A DNA stretch of 52,865 nt, taken from Pseudomonadota bacterium. GTDB lineage: Bacteria; Pseudomonadota; Gammaproteobacteria; Steroidobacterales; JBCAXP01. The position numbers and the translations under genes were made by a program. The stretch is taken from contig JBCAXP010000001.1 in NCBI GenBank assembly GCA_038533995.1, forward strand, positions 1-52,865. The letters run 5' to 3'. Below, piece after piece: positions 20,596 through 29,370 of this stretch (positions within the stretch are counted from its first letter, which is position 1; each line of letters starts with the position of its first letter). The notes under the pieces were generated by a model. That model searched no databases. It saw only the letters and a list, made by a program, of their open reading frames with translations, and was not told the origin of the DNA.

Positions 20596-21482
20596 GAGGG
20601 CTCCCCGCTGGTGGCGGGCGCCTCGTCTCGGGCAACCGCGGCGCCGCGAAGCTCAAGCGCAACGATGAGCGCGAGTGCAAAGATAAATCCGCTGACGGTA
20701 CCGGCGATCAGCAGAAAGAGCTTGCGCGGCTTGACCTCGTCTTCCGGGTCTGACGGCGTCGCGGGATCGATCACCTCGAACGCGTACTCCTCGGTGACGT
20801 TGGCGAGCATGATTTCGTTAACCTGCTGCTCGATCAGGCGGTAGATGGCCTGCTTGGTTTCGGCGTTGATCGTGTTCTCCACCTCGGACTCAAGATACGC
20901 GATGGAATTTGTTGCCCGCTCGCGGGCCCGCGTGCGCAGCCGCAGGTTGATTTCGTCCACGATGCCGTTGGCCCACCTGGCCGCCAACGCCGGGTCGAAC
21001 CACTCCATCGCCACCGTAATCAGCCCGGTTTTGCTGTCCTCCCGCACGGAAAAAACCTGTTTGCGGAAGCGCTCATACACGTCGCTCTCGCTGGGCGCGC
21101 CGCCCAGCTCCTCAATCCACGTTTCACCGTCGTCGCCGAGCCGGTCTGCGTACATGATCTTGTCGATGCCGCGCTCCAGGATGAAGCCGATGCAAAAATC
21201 CCGGGACTGGAGCACCGCGATGGCCACGTTCCGGTCGCTGCCACCGGAGGACAGACCGGCGGCGCCGGCAAGGCCGCCAAACTGGCTGGCAAGGTCGGCC
21301 AGTCCGCTGCGAGTGTCCTGCTGTTCCACCACCGATAGCAGAGCCTGCGAGCGGTACACCGGCGTGGTCAGGAAGCCAATTGCCAGACCCGCGACGGCGC
21401 CCAGAAAGGTGAACAGCACCGCGATCCACTTGCGGCGGTATACGAGTGCGATGGCGTCTAGGATTGAAATATCGCTGTTCAT
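20592..21482 (-). CDS. wzz: Chain-length determinant / polysaccharide co-polymerase (Wzz, PCP-1-like, no kinase domain)
   Basis: The N-terminal TM and Wzz-like start read [45 protein letters not shown]. There is a C-terminal TM. At 296 aa it has no Walker motifs. Confidence 0.8.
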   Translation of the reverse strand: MNSDISILDAIALVYRRKWIAVLFTFLGAVAGLAIGFLTTPVYRSQALLSVVEQQDTRSGLADLASQFGGLAGAAGLSSGGSDRNVAIAVLQSRDFCIGFILERGIDKIMYADRLGDDGETWIEELGGAPSESDVYERFRKQVFSVREDSKTGLITVAMEWFDPALAARWANGIVDEINLRLRTRARERATNSIAYLESEVENTINAETKQAIYRLIEQQVNEIMLANVTEEYAFEVIDPATPSDPEDEVKPRKLFLLIAGTVSGFIFALALIVALELRGAAVARDEAPATSGEPS

Positions 21483-21939
21483 CCGGAAGGTCTTTTTGGA
21501 ATCAGGGGGTTGTGGGCGTCATGGTCGGTGCCCGGGCCTGTGAACCGGTGACCGGTGGCAGGGCGAAGCTGGCTTTTCGGTATTCAGGCCCGCAAACGGC
21601 GAGCGTTCCCTGAATTGGCCACTTCCAGCACGCGGTACGGCCGCGTCAGGCGCTGTCACAATAACAGTCTCCCGACGGCAGGGCGAGACCTTATGCGAAC
21701 AGCGAAAACGAGTCAATATATCATGCGCTTATGGGCGCAGACGGAAGCGCCGCCAGGCGGCAGGTACGTTTGCCGGTGTGGCTCTTGGTATACTTCACGC
21801 ACGCCGGCCAGCGGCCAGCAGCGGTCGGGTATCGCCAGCCGCAGCCGACGCCCGGCAAGACTCTCCGGGCTCACAACCCGCAACGCAACGACGGTCGTCT
21901 CGATTGCCTTTCACACCTGCCAACACCGGAGCGCCCCGG

Positions 21940-23163
21940 GTGAGTTCTACAAAAGCCAGCGAATCACTGTTGCCCGCACCCGATTCTCGCCTTGAGGGAC
22001 TAGGCCCGTGGCCGTTTTTCGACGCGGACGATGCCCGCGCCGTGAGCGACGTGCTCGAAAGCGGGCGGGTGAACTACTGGACCGGCGGCGAGGGCAAGCG
22101 GTTCGAAAAGGCGTTTGCCGGTTACGTCGGAACGCCACACGGCATTGCACTTGCCAATGGCACCCTTGCCCTGGAGCTTGCGCTGCGCGTGCTCGACATT
22201 GGCGAGGGCGACGAAGTGGTCGTGACGCCGCGCAGCTACTTCGCCTCGGCGAGCAGCATTATTTTGAGCGGTGCCCGGCCTGTCTTCGCCGATGTAGACC
22301 GTGACAGCCAGAACCTCACCGCCGAAAGCGTTGCGGCCGTGCTCACGCCGCGCACGAAAGCGATTCTCCCTGTTCACCTGGCAGGCTGGCCCTGCGATAT
22401 GCCTGCGCTGAAAGCGCTGGCGGACGCAAACGGAATCGCCCTCATCGAGGACTGTGCACAGGCCCACGGCGCCTCCATCGATGGTCGCAGCGTCGGCAGC
22501 TTTGGCGACTTCGGGGCGTTCTCCTTCTGCCAGGACAAGATCATGACCACCGGCGGCGAGGGTGGCTTCCTGACCATTCGCGACGAACGACACTGGCGCG
22601 ACGCGTGGGCCTTCAAGGACCATGGCAAGAACTTTGATGCCGTTCACCACCGCGAGCATCCGCTGGGCTTTCGCTGGCTGCACGAGTCGGTGGGCACCAA
22701 CTGGCGTCTGACCGAAATGCAGGCGGTGCTTGGCCTGCGGCAGCTCGACCGGCTGGAAGACTGGGTGGCTGCTCGCACACGCCACGCCGCCATCTACGAT
22801 GACGTGCTGGCAGGCCTGCCGGCGGTGCGCGTGCCGAAGCCGCCTGAGGGCTTCCGCCACGCGTACTACAAGTACTACCTGTTCGTGCGCGAGGCGGCCC
22901 TGGCCAGTGGCTGGAACCGCGATCGAATCATGGCGGAGGCGGTCGCGCGCGGCATGCCGTGCTTCAGCGGCTCGTGCCCGGAAATCTATCGCGAGAAAGC
23001 CATTACCGATTTGGGCCTCGCGCCGCCTGAACGGTTGCCAGTGGCGCGTGAACTGGGCGAGACCAGCCTGATGCTGCTCGTGCACCCGACGCTCAGCACG
23101 GACCAGGTGCAGGCCATGGCAGAAACGCTGGCGGCCGTGCTCAAAGAGGCCACGCGGCGCTGA
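21940..23163 (+). CDS. DegT/DnrJ/EryC1/StrS-family aminotransferase
   Basis: ALANGTLALELAL...GDEVVVTPRSYFASASS...ILPVHLAG...LIEDCAQAHGA...SFCQDKIMTTGGEGG. The track ORF starts at 21778. An in-frame GTG at 21940 preceded by GGAG is preferred, but the start remains uncertain. Confidence 0.85.
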   Translation: MSSTKASESLLPAPDSRLEGLGPWPFFDADDARAVSDVLESGRVNYWTGGEGKRFEKAFAGYVGTPHGIALANGTLALELALRVLDIGEGDEVVVTPRSYFASASSIILSGARPVFADVDRDSQNLTAESVAAVLTPRTKAILPVHLAGWPCDMPALKALADANGIALIEDCAQAHGASIDGRSVGSFGDFGAFSFCQDKIMTTGGEGGFLTIRDERHWRDAWAFKDHGKNFDAVHHREHPLGFRWLHESVGTNWRLTEMQAVLGLRQLDRLEDWVAARTRHAAIYDDVLAGLPAVRVPKPPEGFRHAYYKYYLFVREAALASGWNRDRIMAEAVARGMPCFSGSCPEIYREKAITDLGLAPPERLPVARELGETSLMLLVHPTLSTDQVQAMAETLAAVLKEATRR

Positions 23164-23182
23164 TAACTAAAGCCGGCTGCGA

Positions 23183-24214
23183 TTAGCCGTGCGCCGTTTG
23201 CCGGTAGGCCGGAAAGAAATCCTCGTTGAACGGCGCGTCGCCGGACTCCCTGCGGCAGCGGGCAACCCGCTCCTCGTAGGCTGAATCGTCAATCACCCAC
23301 TTCAGCAGGCTGAAATCCAGCTCCAGGTCGGAGAAGCCGCGCTTGAAGGCAAACAGGGAGTCCTCCCTGCCGCCGAGTCCTCCCCCTAAGTGAAAGTACC
23401 GGCGACCCTCGCGAGCGCCATCCCGGCGCACCTGTTCCATCATGAGCTTTGCAGGAGCGTGCTTGAAAAACTGCCCGGCGGTACCGCCCAGGTGATATTG
23501 CACGACAGTGGGCGTCACGACGAACAGTCCGCTGCACATGGCCTGGCCGTCCGCATCGAGCACGGTGTAGACACGGGTCTCGAAGTCGGTCGCGGACAGC
23601 AGCGATGCGTAGTACTCGCGTGAGAAAAAGTAGTAACGGCTCGCGTCGAGGCGCGCCATGGTTTCCTCGTAGATCCCGACAAAGGCGTCCAGGTAGGCGC
23701 TGTCGTTGACGCACCTGGCGCCGTTGCGTTCGAGCTTTCTTATGCCCCTGCGATGGTTGTTGCGGATGCCGCGCACCTGCGCCTCTTCGGTCTGCGTCAG
23801 GTCAATGGCAATGGTAGTGCCGGCGTGCTGCGTGATGCCGGCAGGCGGGCGAACCTGGCGCGGATTGAACAGCGGGTGCAGCCGGCTGAAAACGGCGATG
23901 ACTTCTTGCTGCCGGCACCAGTGTTCAACGTCGCTGAAAAAAGCGGCGACCGCTTCATCGGAGGCGACGCGCTGCGCCACCGGGCCGGCGTAGCCGTATA
24001 CAGACGTGGCGTCCTTTTGTCCGCCGTCGAGGTCGCGCAATAGCAGCGGCATCACCAGGGTGTTGTCTGGCTGCGAGCTAACCAGCAGCACGGGCTGTCC
24101 TTCTCCCTGGGCGCTTGCCAGCGCGTGGCAATCCCAGGTGTGGTACCAGTCGTGATCGATGGCTTCGAGTGCGCGGCGCCAGTCTGCCGCATCGTGAAGG
24201 GCCAGCAGGCTCAC
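23183..24214 (-). CDS. FemAB-like / GNAT (Acetyltransf_6-type) acyl- or aminoacyl-transferase
   Basis: The start is GTG at 24214, a GTGA overlap with the upstream stop. NHRRGIRKLERNG..., VVQYHLGGT and YFHLGGGLGGREDSLFAFKRGF are typical of the FemAB-like family found in EPS loci. Confidence 0.65.
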   Translation of the reverse strand: MSLLALHDAADWRRALEAIDHDWYHTWDCHALASAQGEGQPVLLVSSQPDNTLVMPLLLRDLDGGQKDATSVYGYAGPVAQRVASDEAVAAFFSDVEHWCRQQEVIAVFSRLHPLFNPRQVRPPAGITQHAGTTIAIDLTQTEEAQVRGIRNNHRRGIRKLERNGARCVNDSAYLDAFVGIYEETMARLDASRYYFFSREYYASLLSATDFETRVYTVLDADGQAMCSGLFVVTPTVVQYHLGGTAGQFFKHAPAKLMMEQVRRDGAREGRRYFHLGGGLGGREDSLFAFKRGFSDLELDFSLLKWVIDDSAYEERVARCRRESGDAPFNEDFFPAYRQTAHG

Positions 24215-25140
24215 GAGAGGGAATCCTGCCAGCGCGGCAGGGACGCATAATGTGCGATGGCGCTTCGCACGCCGGCCACGTCCGCGTCGCTGTGGCGGGT
24301 CGCCGGTGCAACGACGCCGTCTGCGAAACGGCGCGAAGCGTCGGTGTCGACCGCGCCGCAGAGGGCCTCCAGGGCTTCGTGGCAGCTGCCCGGCTGCGAA
24401 ACGAACGTGGAGAAATCGACGGTGGCCCAGCGGCTGCGGTCGATGGCCCCGAGACTGCGCCCCAGCCACTCATTGATCGCCAGCACCTGGAACACCACTT
24501 CGTGGTAGCGGTCGGGGAACTCCTCGCTCAGCGCGGCAAGCGGCAGGGAAGACACCCACTGGCTGTCATCGCCGTGCATCTTGCGGCGAAACCGCAGCAG
24601 CGACAGTGCGTTGTCCTCGACATCGCGCTTCACCCACAGCCAGCGTGAGGCCGGCCGCACACGCTGGAACTCCTGAATGTGCCACGCCAGCTGGTACACC
24701 TTGTACACCACGGGTTGCCCGAAAACGCGCGACACCTGGTCGAGAGTGTCGGCGAGATTCTGCAGGGCATCGGGCTCGATGTCGGGCCGCTGCTGCATGC
24801 CCTGGTAAGCTAGCATGGTTCGCCAGAAGGCGCCGAATTCGTGCGGGTCGGTAATGTGTGGCGTGGCACCGAATTCGGATACCGTCGACACCTGCCTGTG
24901 CGGCGTCAGTTTCCTTGCAAGGAGCGCGCCGTAGACCGGGGCGTTCCAGAAGCAGGCCATCAGGTTGTTGACGTAGCCCACGTCAAAGCTCGCCGCAAGG
25001 TACTGGCTGAGAATTGTGGTGCCGGAGCGCGGCGCGCCAACGATAAACACGCTGGGGTGGGCAGGCATGTCGGTAACGACGGGTGGATGACTGTCGGCGA
25101 GTGCCGCGTTCAGGGTCGCCAGCCAGTTGTGCGAAGTCAC
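24211..25140 (-). CDS. Sulfotransferase family protein
   Basis: The PAPS-loop-like sequence is SVFIVGAPRSGTTILSQYL. The start is GTG at 25140, a GTGA overlap with the upstream stop. The alternative start is ATG at 25068. Confidence 0.7.
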   Translation of the reverse strand: MTSHNWLATLNAALADSHPPVVTDMPAHPSVFIVGAPRSGTTILSQYLAASFDVGYVNNLMACFWNAPVYGALLARKLTPHRQVSTVSEFGATPHITDPHEFGAFWRTMLAYQGMQQRPDIEPDALQNLADTLDQVSRVFGQPVVYKVYQLAWHIQEFQRVRPASRWLWVKRDVEDNALSLLRFRRKMHGDDSQWVSSLPLAALSEEFPDRYHEVVFQVLAINEWLGRSLGAIDRSRWATVDFSTFVSQPGSCHEALEALCGAVDTDASRRFADGVVAPATRHSDADVAGVRSAIAHYASLPRWQDSLS

Positions 25141-25787
25141 CGCGGTTCCTTGTTGCCTGTGAAGCGCCCTGCCACTTCGTTGACTGTGTGGTCCACGCCC
25201 TCGCTGCGAAACACCTTCACCACCGTGAGGAACAGAATCTTCAGGTCGAGCCAGAACGACTGGTTGTCGACGTACCACACGTCCATGTCGAAGCGCTTTT
25301 CCCAGCTTACCTGGTTGCGGCCGTTGATTTGCGCCCAGCCGGTAATGCCCGGCCGCACTTCGTGGCGGCGGGCCTGGTGCTCATTATAAAGCGGCAGGTA
25401 GTCCACCTTGAGCGGACGAGGACCGACGAGGCTCATTTCCCCTTTCAGCACGTTGAGGAGACTGGGCAATTCATCCATGCTGCTTTTTCGCAGAAAGCGG
25501 CCCAGCCGCGTTACCCGGTCGGCGTTGGGTAACAGTTCGCCGGCGGCGTCCCGTTCCATCGTCATGCTGCGGAATTTGTACAGGGTGAAAATCCTGTCGT
25601 GGCGCCCGGGCCGTTCCTGGGCGAACATCACCGGTCGTCCGAGTGTGATGGCGATCAGAGCGGCTGCCACGATCAGCACCGGGCCCAGTAGCAGAAGCGC
25701 GAGCAGGCTCGCGACAACATCCAGCGCCCTTTTCACCGCAGTCTTGACTCCTGTTGGACAGGCGCGATCTCCGCCTCGTATGCGCAT
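25137..25787 (-). CDS. Initiating phosphoglycosyl transferase, small monotopic PglC/WbaP-C-terminal type (Bac_transf family)
   Basis: The start is ATG at 25787. KRALDVVASLLALLLLGPVLIVAAALI...RPVMFAQERPG...FTLYKFRSM...DELPSLLNVLKGEMSLVGPRP...RPGITGWAQING is the canonical sugar-transferase motif set. Confidence 0.88.
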   Translation of the reverse strand: MRIRGGDRACPTGVKTAVKRALDVVASLLALLLLGPVLIVAAALIAITLGRPVMFAQERPGRHDRIFTLYKFRSMTMERDAAGELLPNADRVTRLGRFLRKSSMDELPSLLNVLKGEMSLVGPRPLKVDYLPLYNEHQARRHEVRPGITGWAQINGRNQVSWEKRFDMDVWYVDNQSFWLDLKILFLTVVKVFRSEGVDHTVNEVAGRFTGNKEPR

Positions 25788-25979
25788 TGAATAATGCGTT
25801 TGGACGGTGAACCATATTGGACGTGCAGTCAAGCTGTCAACCGGCCGGGCGAAGCGCGCTGGCGCCGGTTTTCTGCGCCGTGACAGGGTTGCTATGATGC
25901 GTGCTCCAACCGACCGGCCAGGGCTTGCCGGCGCCGGGCGCAGCAAGGCTCTGCGCATAGCAATAGGCGACAGACATCG

Positions 25980-27137
25980 ATGAAAACTGTGCTGCACGAC
26001 GTTGGTGTATGGCTTCCCAGGACCAAGACCTGGCTCTACAACCAGATCGTGTCACTGAACCCCGACTGGACCGCCTGGGCCATCGCCAACCGTAGCGAAA
26101 ATCTCGACGAGTTTCCGTTTGAGAATCTCTACGTGCTGCGCGACCGGAAGGGCAAGCTCTGGTGGTTTTTACAGATGGCGCTGAGGCGCGCTCGCATCAC
26201 TGCCCATGCGCCATCGATTCTCAGGTTCAGCAAGGAGCGCGAACCGGCCGTGCTGCACAGCCACTTCGGCACCACCGGCTGGATGAACCTGCGTCTTGCC
26301 CGCACCCTGGGCGCGAAACACGTGGTGACGTTTTACGGCTTCGACGTGACCCTGACGCCGAGGCTCAAGAACTGGCGGTCACGCTACCTGCAAATGTTTG
26401 ATGAGGTTGACAGGGTGCTCTGCGAAGGTCCCCACATGGCCGACGAGATTCATGCACTGGGCTGCCCCCGGGAAAAGCTCACGGTGCAGCGACTGGGTGT
26501 GGACGTCGGCAGCCTGCCGTTTCGCACCCGTAAACCGGGGGATGGTCCGATCAGGTTCCTGATGGCTGGCAGTTTCAGAGAGAAAAAGGGTCTGCCCGAT
26601 GGTCTGCTGGCGCTCGCCCGCCTGCACGCCAGGCAAGGCTTGCCCGACTGGCAGCTCACGATAGCGGGCGGTGCGGGCAGCAGCGAGGAAGGCGCGGCCA
26701 TCGAGCAACAGCTCAAGACGATTGCGAGCGATCATGCCATCGAAGATCGCGTCCGCTACGCGGGTTTTGTGCAGCACTCCGAACTCATTGCGCTTGGCCA
26801 GTCCCACGATGTATTCCTGTGCCCGAGCGTCAGGGCCAGCAACGGCGACACCGAGGGCGGTGCGCCGGTCGTGATGATTGAAATGGCCGCGCTTGGTCTG
26901 CCCGTGCTTGGTACTACTCACTGCGACATGCCGTATACGCTGGGTGAGTTGAACAGGTCGATGCTCGTGGCCGAAAAAGACGTGGATGCATTGAGCCTCG
27001 CTGTGCAAACACTTGTCGAGGCGCCGCAGCTGTGGCCGCAAATCGGCGAGCAGAACCGGCATCACTGCGAAACGTCGTTTGATGCCTTCAAGCAGGGGCA
27101 GTCGCTGTCGGCGATCTACGATCAGCTGCTGGCGTAG
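25980..27137 (+). CDS. Glycosyltransferase, GT4 family (WcaL-like)
   Basis: VLHSHFGTTGW...VVTFYGFDV...IRFLMAGSFREKKG...VFLCPSVRASNGDTEGGAPVVMIEMAALGLPVL. Confidence 0.85.
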   Translation: MKTVLHDVGVWLPRTKTWLYNQIVSLNPDWTAWAIANRSENLDEFPFENLYVLRDRKGKLWWFLQMALRRARITAHAPSILRFSKEREPAVLHSHFGTTGWMNLRLARTLGAKHVVTFYGFDVTLTPRLKNWRSRYLQMFDEVDRVLCEGPHMADEIHALGCPREKLTVQRLGVDVGSLPFRTRKPGDGPIRFLMAGSFREKKGLPDGLLALARLHARQGLPDWQLTIAGGAGSSEEGAAIEQQLKTIASDHAIEDRVRYAGFVQHSELIALGQSHDVFLCPSVRASNGDTEGGAPVVMIEMAALGLPVLGTTHCDMPYTLGELNRSMLVAEKDVDALSLAVQTLVEAPQLWPQIGEQNRHHCETSFDAFKQGQSLSAIYDQLLA

Positions 27138-27146
27138 AGCCGCCGG

Positions 27147-28859
27147 TTATTGCCAGCGCGCCTGGGCGAAGTTTCTGGCCAGGTTGCCGGCGAGCTGGAG
27201 TTTCTTGCTGGCCTGAAGGTCCTGCTCATGTACCGTCATCATCAGGCGCTGCACGTTGGCATCGAACATGCCGAGCTTGACCCACCCGTCCGACAGGTTT
27301 CTCAGGCCCATCGTGTCCGGTTGGGTTTCGCTGGTGGCACCATCAACAAAGTCGGTGTAGTGCACGGCACCGTCTCGCGGAGCGTAGATGACGTCGCTGA
27401 GCGTAAAGCTGAGGCTCTCGACGACCGGGCGGCCAAAGACGGAGCGCGTCAGGGCCGCATCGGCAGCGATGAAAGAGACTGTGCCCGAGGCATGCGAGGT
27501 GTCGCTTACACCGAGCGGGCGTTCATAGTTTCGGATAATTTCCTTGTCGTTCTTGTAGAGGATGTTCCACTCCACGGCGCCGGGGTGCCGTTTGCTTGCC
27601 CGCAGCTGTTTCTCCACGCGCTTTGCCACCAGGGCCAGGGAGGCCTCGATATCGCTGCGCCCCGTCATTAACGTAAGGTCGACAAGAATGTCTCCCATGT
27701 GGCTCGACCGGTGAATAAGACCATCGGTCTCAAAATGCGGCAGGCGCGGCGATTTCGATTTGCCCTCGGACCATTTTTCGTACACCTGTTTCAGCAGGAA
27801 CGCCTCAATTTCGCGGTACTGCTTCTCGTAGCGTGCGGCGAGTGCCTTGTCCTGGGACACGAGTCTTGCTGTTCGCGCCACTGGCCTCATGCCACGCCAC
27901 TCGTAGAGCGCCAGGTCGATGCCCTTGGCGCCCTTGCCCTTGACTTCGAAACTCACGTAGCCGTCGCCGTTGAGGTCTTTTCCGCTCCTGACGATGTTCA
28001 GCGAAAGCTGCACGGCCCGCTGCAGATACTTGGTGTTGCCGGTGGCCTCGAACATCGACAGCAGGCCCTCGAAGTCTCCGCTGAGGTTGTACAGTTCAAA
28101 GCCGTTGCCGCCGGAGGACATTTCCGCCAGGCGCTTGCCGCGTTTCTGCAGCATCTGGTCGAAGACCGTTGCCAGTTCGTCGATGCGGCTGTCGCGCAGT
28201 GAACACACGGGGCCGCCGGGCGCCAGCAGCAGTTCACTTCTGCCGGCAGGCGAGCCGGCGACACCGTAGCCAATGGTGAGCTGTGGTTTGGTGCCCAGCA
28301 CGAGGCGCCAGCCGGCCCGTGCGTTTCGCTCGATGGCAAAGTCGGTGCCCAGAGAGTCGGATTCCCGACCCGGCACCAGCTGGCCGAGCTGCGCGCGCTT
28401 CAGCCGGGGCGTGCCCGGTGCCACCTGGATGCCGTCACCGCTGCTAACGGAGTAGGACTTGTCCACATCGACATACACCAGCTGGCAATCGACGATTGCG
28501 GTCGCCGGAGGCTTCTGCGCATCAGCCGGTTTGCTCACCGGCGCCGGAGCAGGTTCAGGTGCCGGAGCGGGGGTTGGCGGCGCGGCGGTCTGCGTTGGTG
28601 CGCTATCGGCTGTCGCGTTGTCTTGCTTCGCCGTCTTGATGACCTCTTCCGCTTCAGTGACCGGTGCCGTGGCTTCAGCTTCGCCCTCGGCGGCGGTAAG
28701 CGAGAGCGGTGCCGGGTCAATCATTGGCTCCGGTGCAGGCGCTGCGGCTAGCGAAGCTTCGACCGAGGTGCCCCGATCGTCGGAGCACCCCGAAAGCAGC
28801 ACGGCCATTGCCGCGGTCACTAACAGGGTAAACGGGTGGGCGTCATTGAGTTGCGGCAC
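27147..28859 (-). CDS. Lipoprotein of unknown function with a Pro/Ala-rich linker
   Basis: The lipobox is AVLLSGC. An approximately 100-aa Ala/Pro/Glu/Thr-rich low-complexity segment follows (PPTPAPAPEPAPAPVSKP). The remainder is a globular region of about 430 aa with no motif I can name. Confidence 0.6.
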   Translation of the reverse strand: MPQLNDAHPFTLLVTAAMAVLLSGCSDDRGTSVEASLAAAPAPEPMIDPAPLSLTAAEGEAEATAPVTEAEEVIKTAKQDNATADSAPTQTAAPPTPAPAPEPAPAPVSKPADAQKPPATAIVDCQLVYVDVDKSYSVSSGDGIQVAPGTPRLKRAQLGQLVPGRESDSLGTDFAIERNARAGWRLVLGTKPQLTIGYGVAGSPAGRSELLLAPGGPVCSLRDSRIDELATVFDQMLQKRGKRLAEMSSGGNGFELYNLSGDFEGLLSMFEATGNTKYLQRAVQLSLNIVRSGKDLNGDGYVSFEVKGKGAKGIDLALYEWRGMRPVARTARLVSQDKALAARYEKQYREIEAFLLKQVYEKWSEGKSKSPRLPHFETDGLIHRSSHMGDILVDLTLMTGRSDIEASLALVAKRVEKQLRASKRHPGAVEWNILYKNDKEIIRNYERPLGVSDTSHASGTVSFIAADAALTRSVFGRPVVESLSFTLSDVIYAPRDGAVHYTDFVDGATSETQPDTMGLRNLSDGWVKLGMFDANVQRLMMTVHEQDLQASKKLQLAGNLARNFAQARWQ

Positions 28860-29047
28860 TTTGCCTCCGCGGAACCTGGCAATGGAAACGGTGGATTATT
28901 GCAGGTCGAGGTAACTCGTGTAACGGGCCAGCGGACAGTACAGGCTTGTCGTTGGGCAAAGGATGATGGCAGCGCCAGGGCGGAGCCGTGCAGCGGGGAG
29001 TCGACGCAGGATTCGCAGTCCGGCGGCAATCTGTTTCCATTTGTAAC

Positions 29048-29091
29048 TGTCAAGTAAAATTGACACATATTGGTGACCATTTGAATTGACA
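29048..29091. promoter_or_regulatory. Tandem PpsR/CrtJ-type operator (TGT-N12-ACA x2, 8-bp spacer) upstream of pucB
   Basis: Site 1 is TGTCAAGTAAAATTGACA at 29048-29065, with perfect TGTCAA/TTGACA arms. Site 2 is TGACCATTTGAATTGACA at 29074-29091, with one mismatch in the TGT half. Confidence 0.6.
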
Positions 29092-29114
29092 CCTGTATGG
29101 GCCGGGGTTAGGGT
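29086..29114 (+). promoter_or_regulatory. Candidate sigma70-type pucB promoter, TTGACA-N17-TAGGGT
   Basis: The -35 is TTGACA at 29086-29091, inside PpsR-like site 2. The spacer is 17 nt and the -10-like TAGGGT is at 29109-29114. It lies about 85 nt upstream of the pucB ATG. Confidence 0.4.
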
Positions 29115-29198
29115 GAGACGGTCCGTCACTGGCTCTGCGAGTGGCGGTATGGTGTCTGGCGTATTGCCAGGCGATAGCTCGATTTTCGGGAGAAAACA

Positions 29199-29360
29199 AT
29201 GGCTGACCTAGACGATCCGGATCGCGTATGGCCAACGGGGTATACCCTGAAGGAAGCCGAAGAGATTCATAAGCACATCATTGACGGCACGCGGGTATTT
29301 TTTGCAATTTCCGCGGTAGCCCACGTGTTGGTGTTTACGCTCTCACCGTGGCTCGGATAA
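29199..29360 (+). CDS. pucB: Light-harvesting complex 2 beta apoprotein
   Basis: Not in the ORF track (53 aa). The sequence is [53 protein letters not shown]. It has the beta-chain pattern VWP.G....EAEE.H......GTRVF......AH.L......PWL with both conserved His. GGGAG lies 7 nt upstream of the ATG. Confidence 0.92.
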   Translation: MADLDDPDRVWPTGYTLKEAEEIHKHIIDGTRVFFAISAVAHVLVFTLSPWLG

Positions 29361-29370
29361 GGAGACCCTC

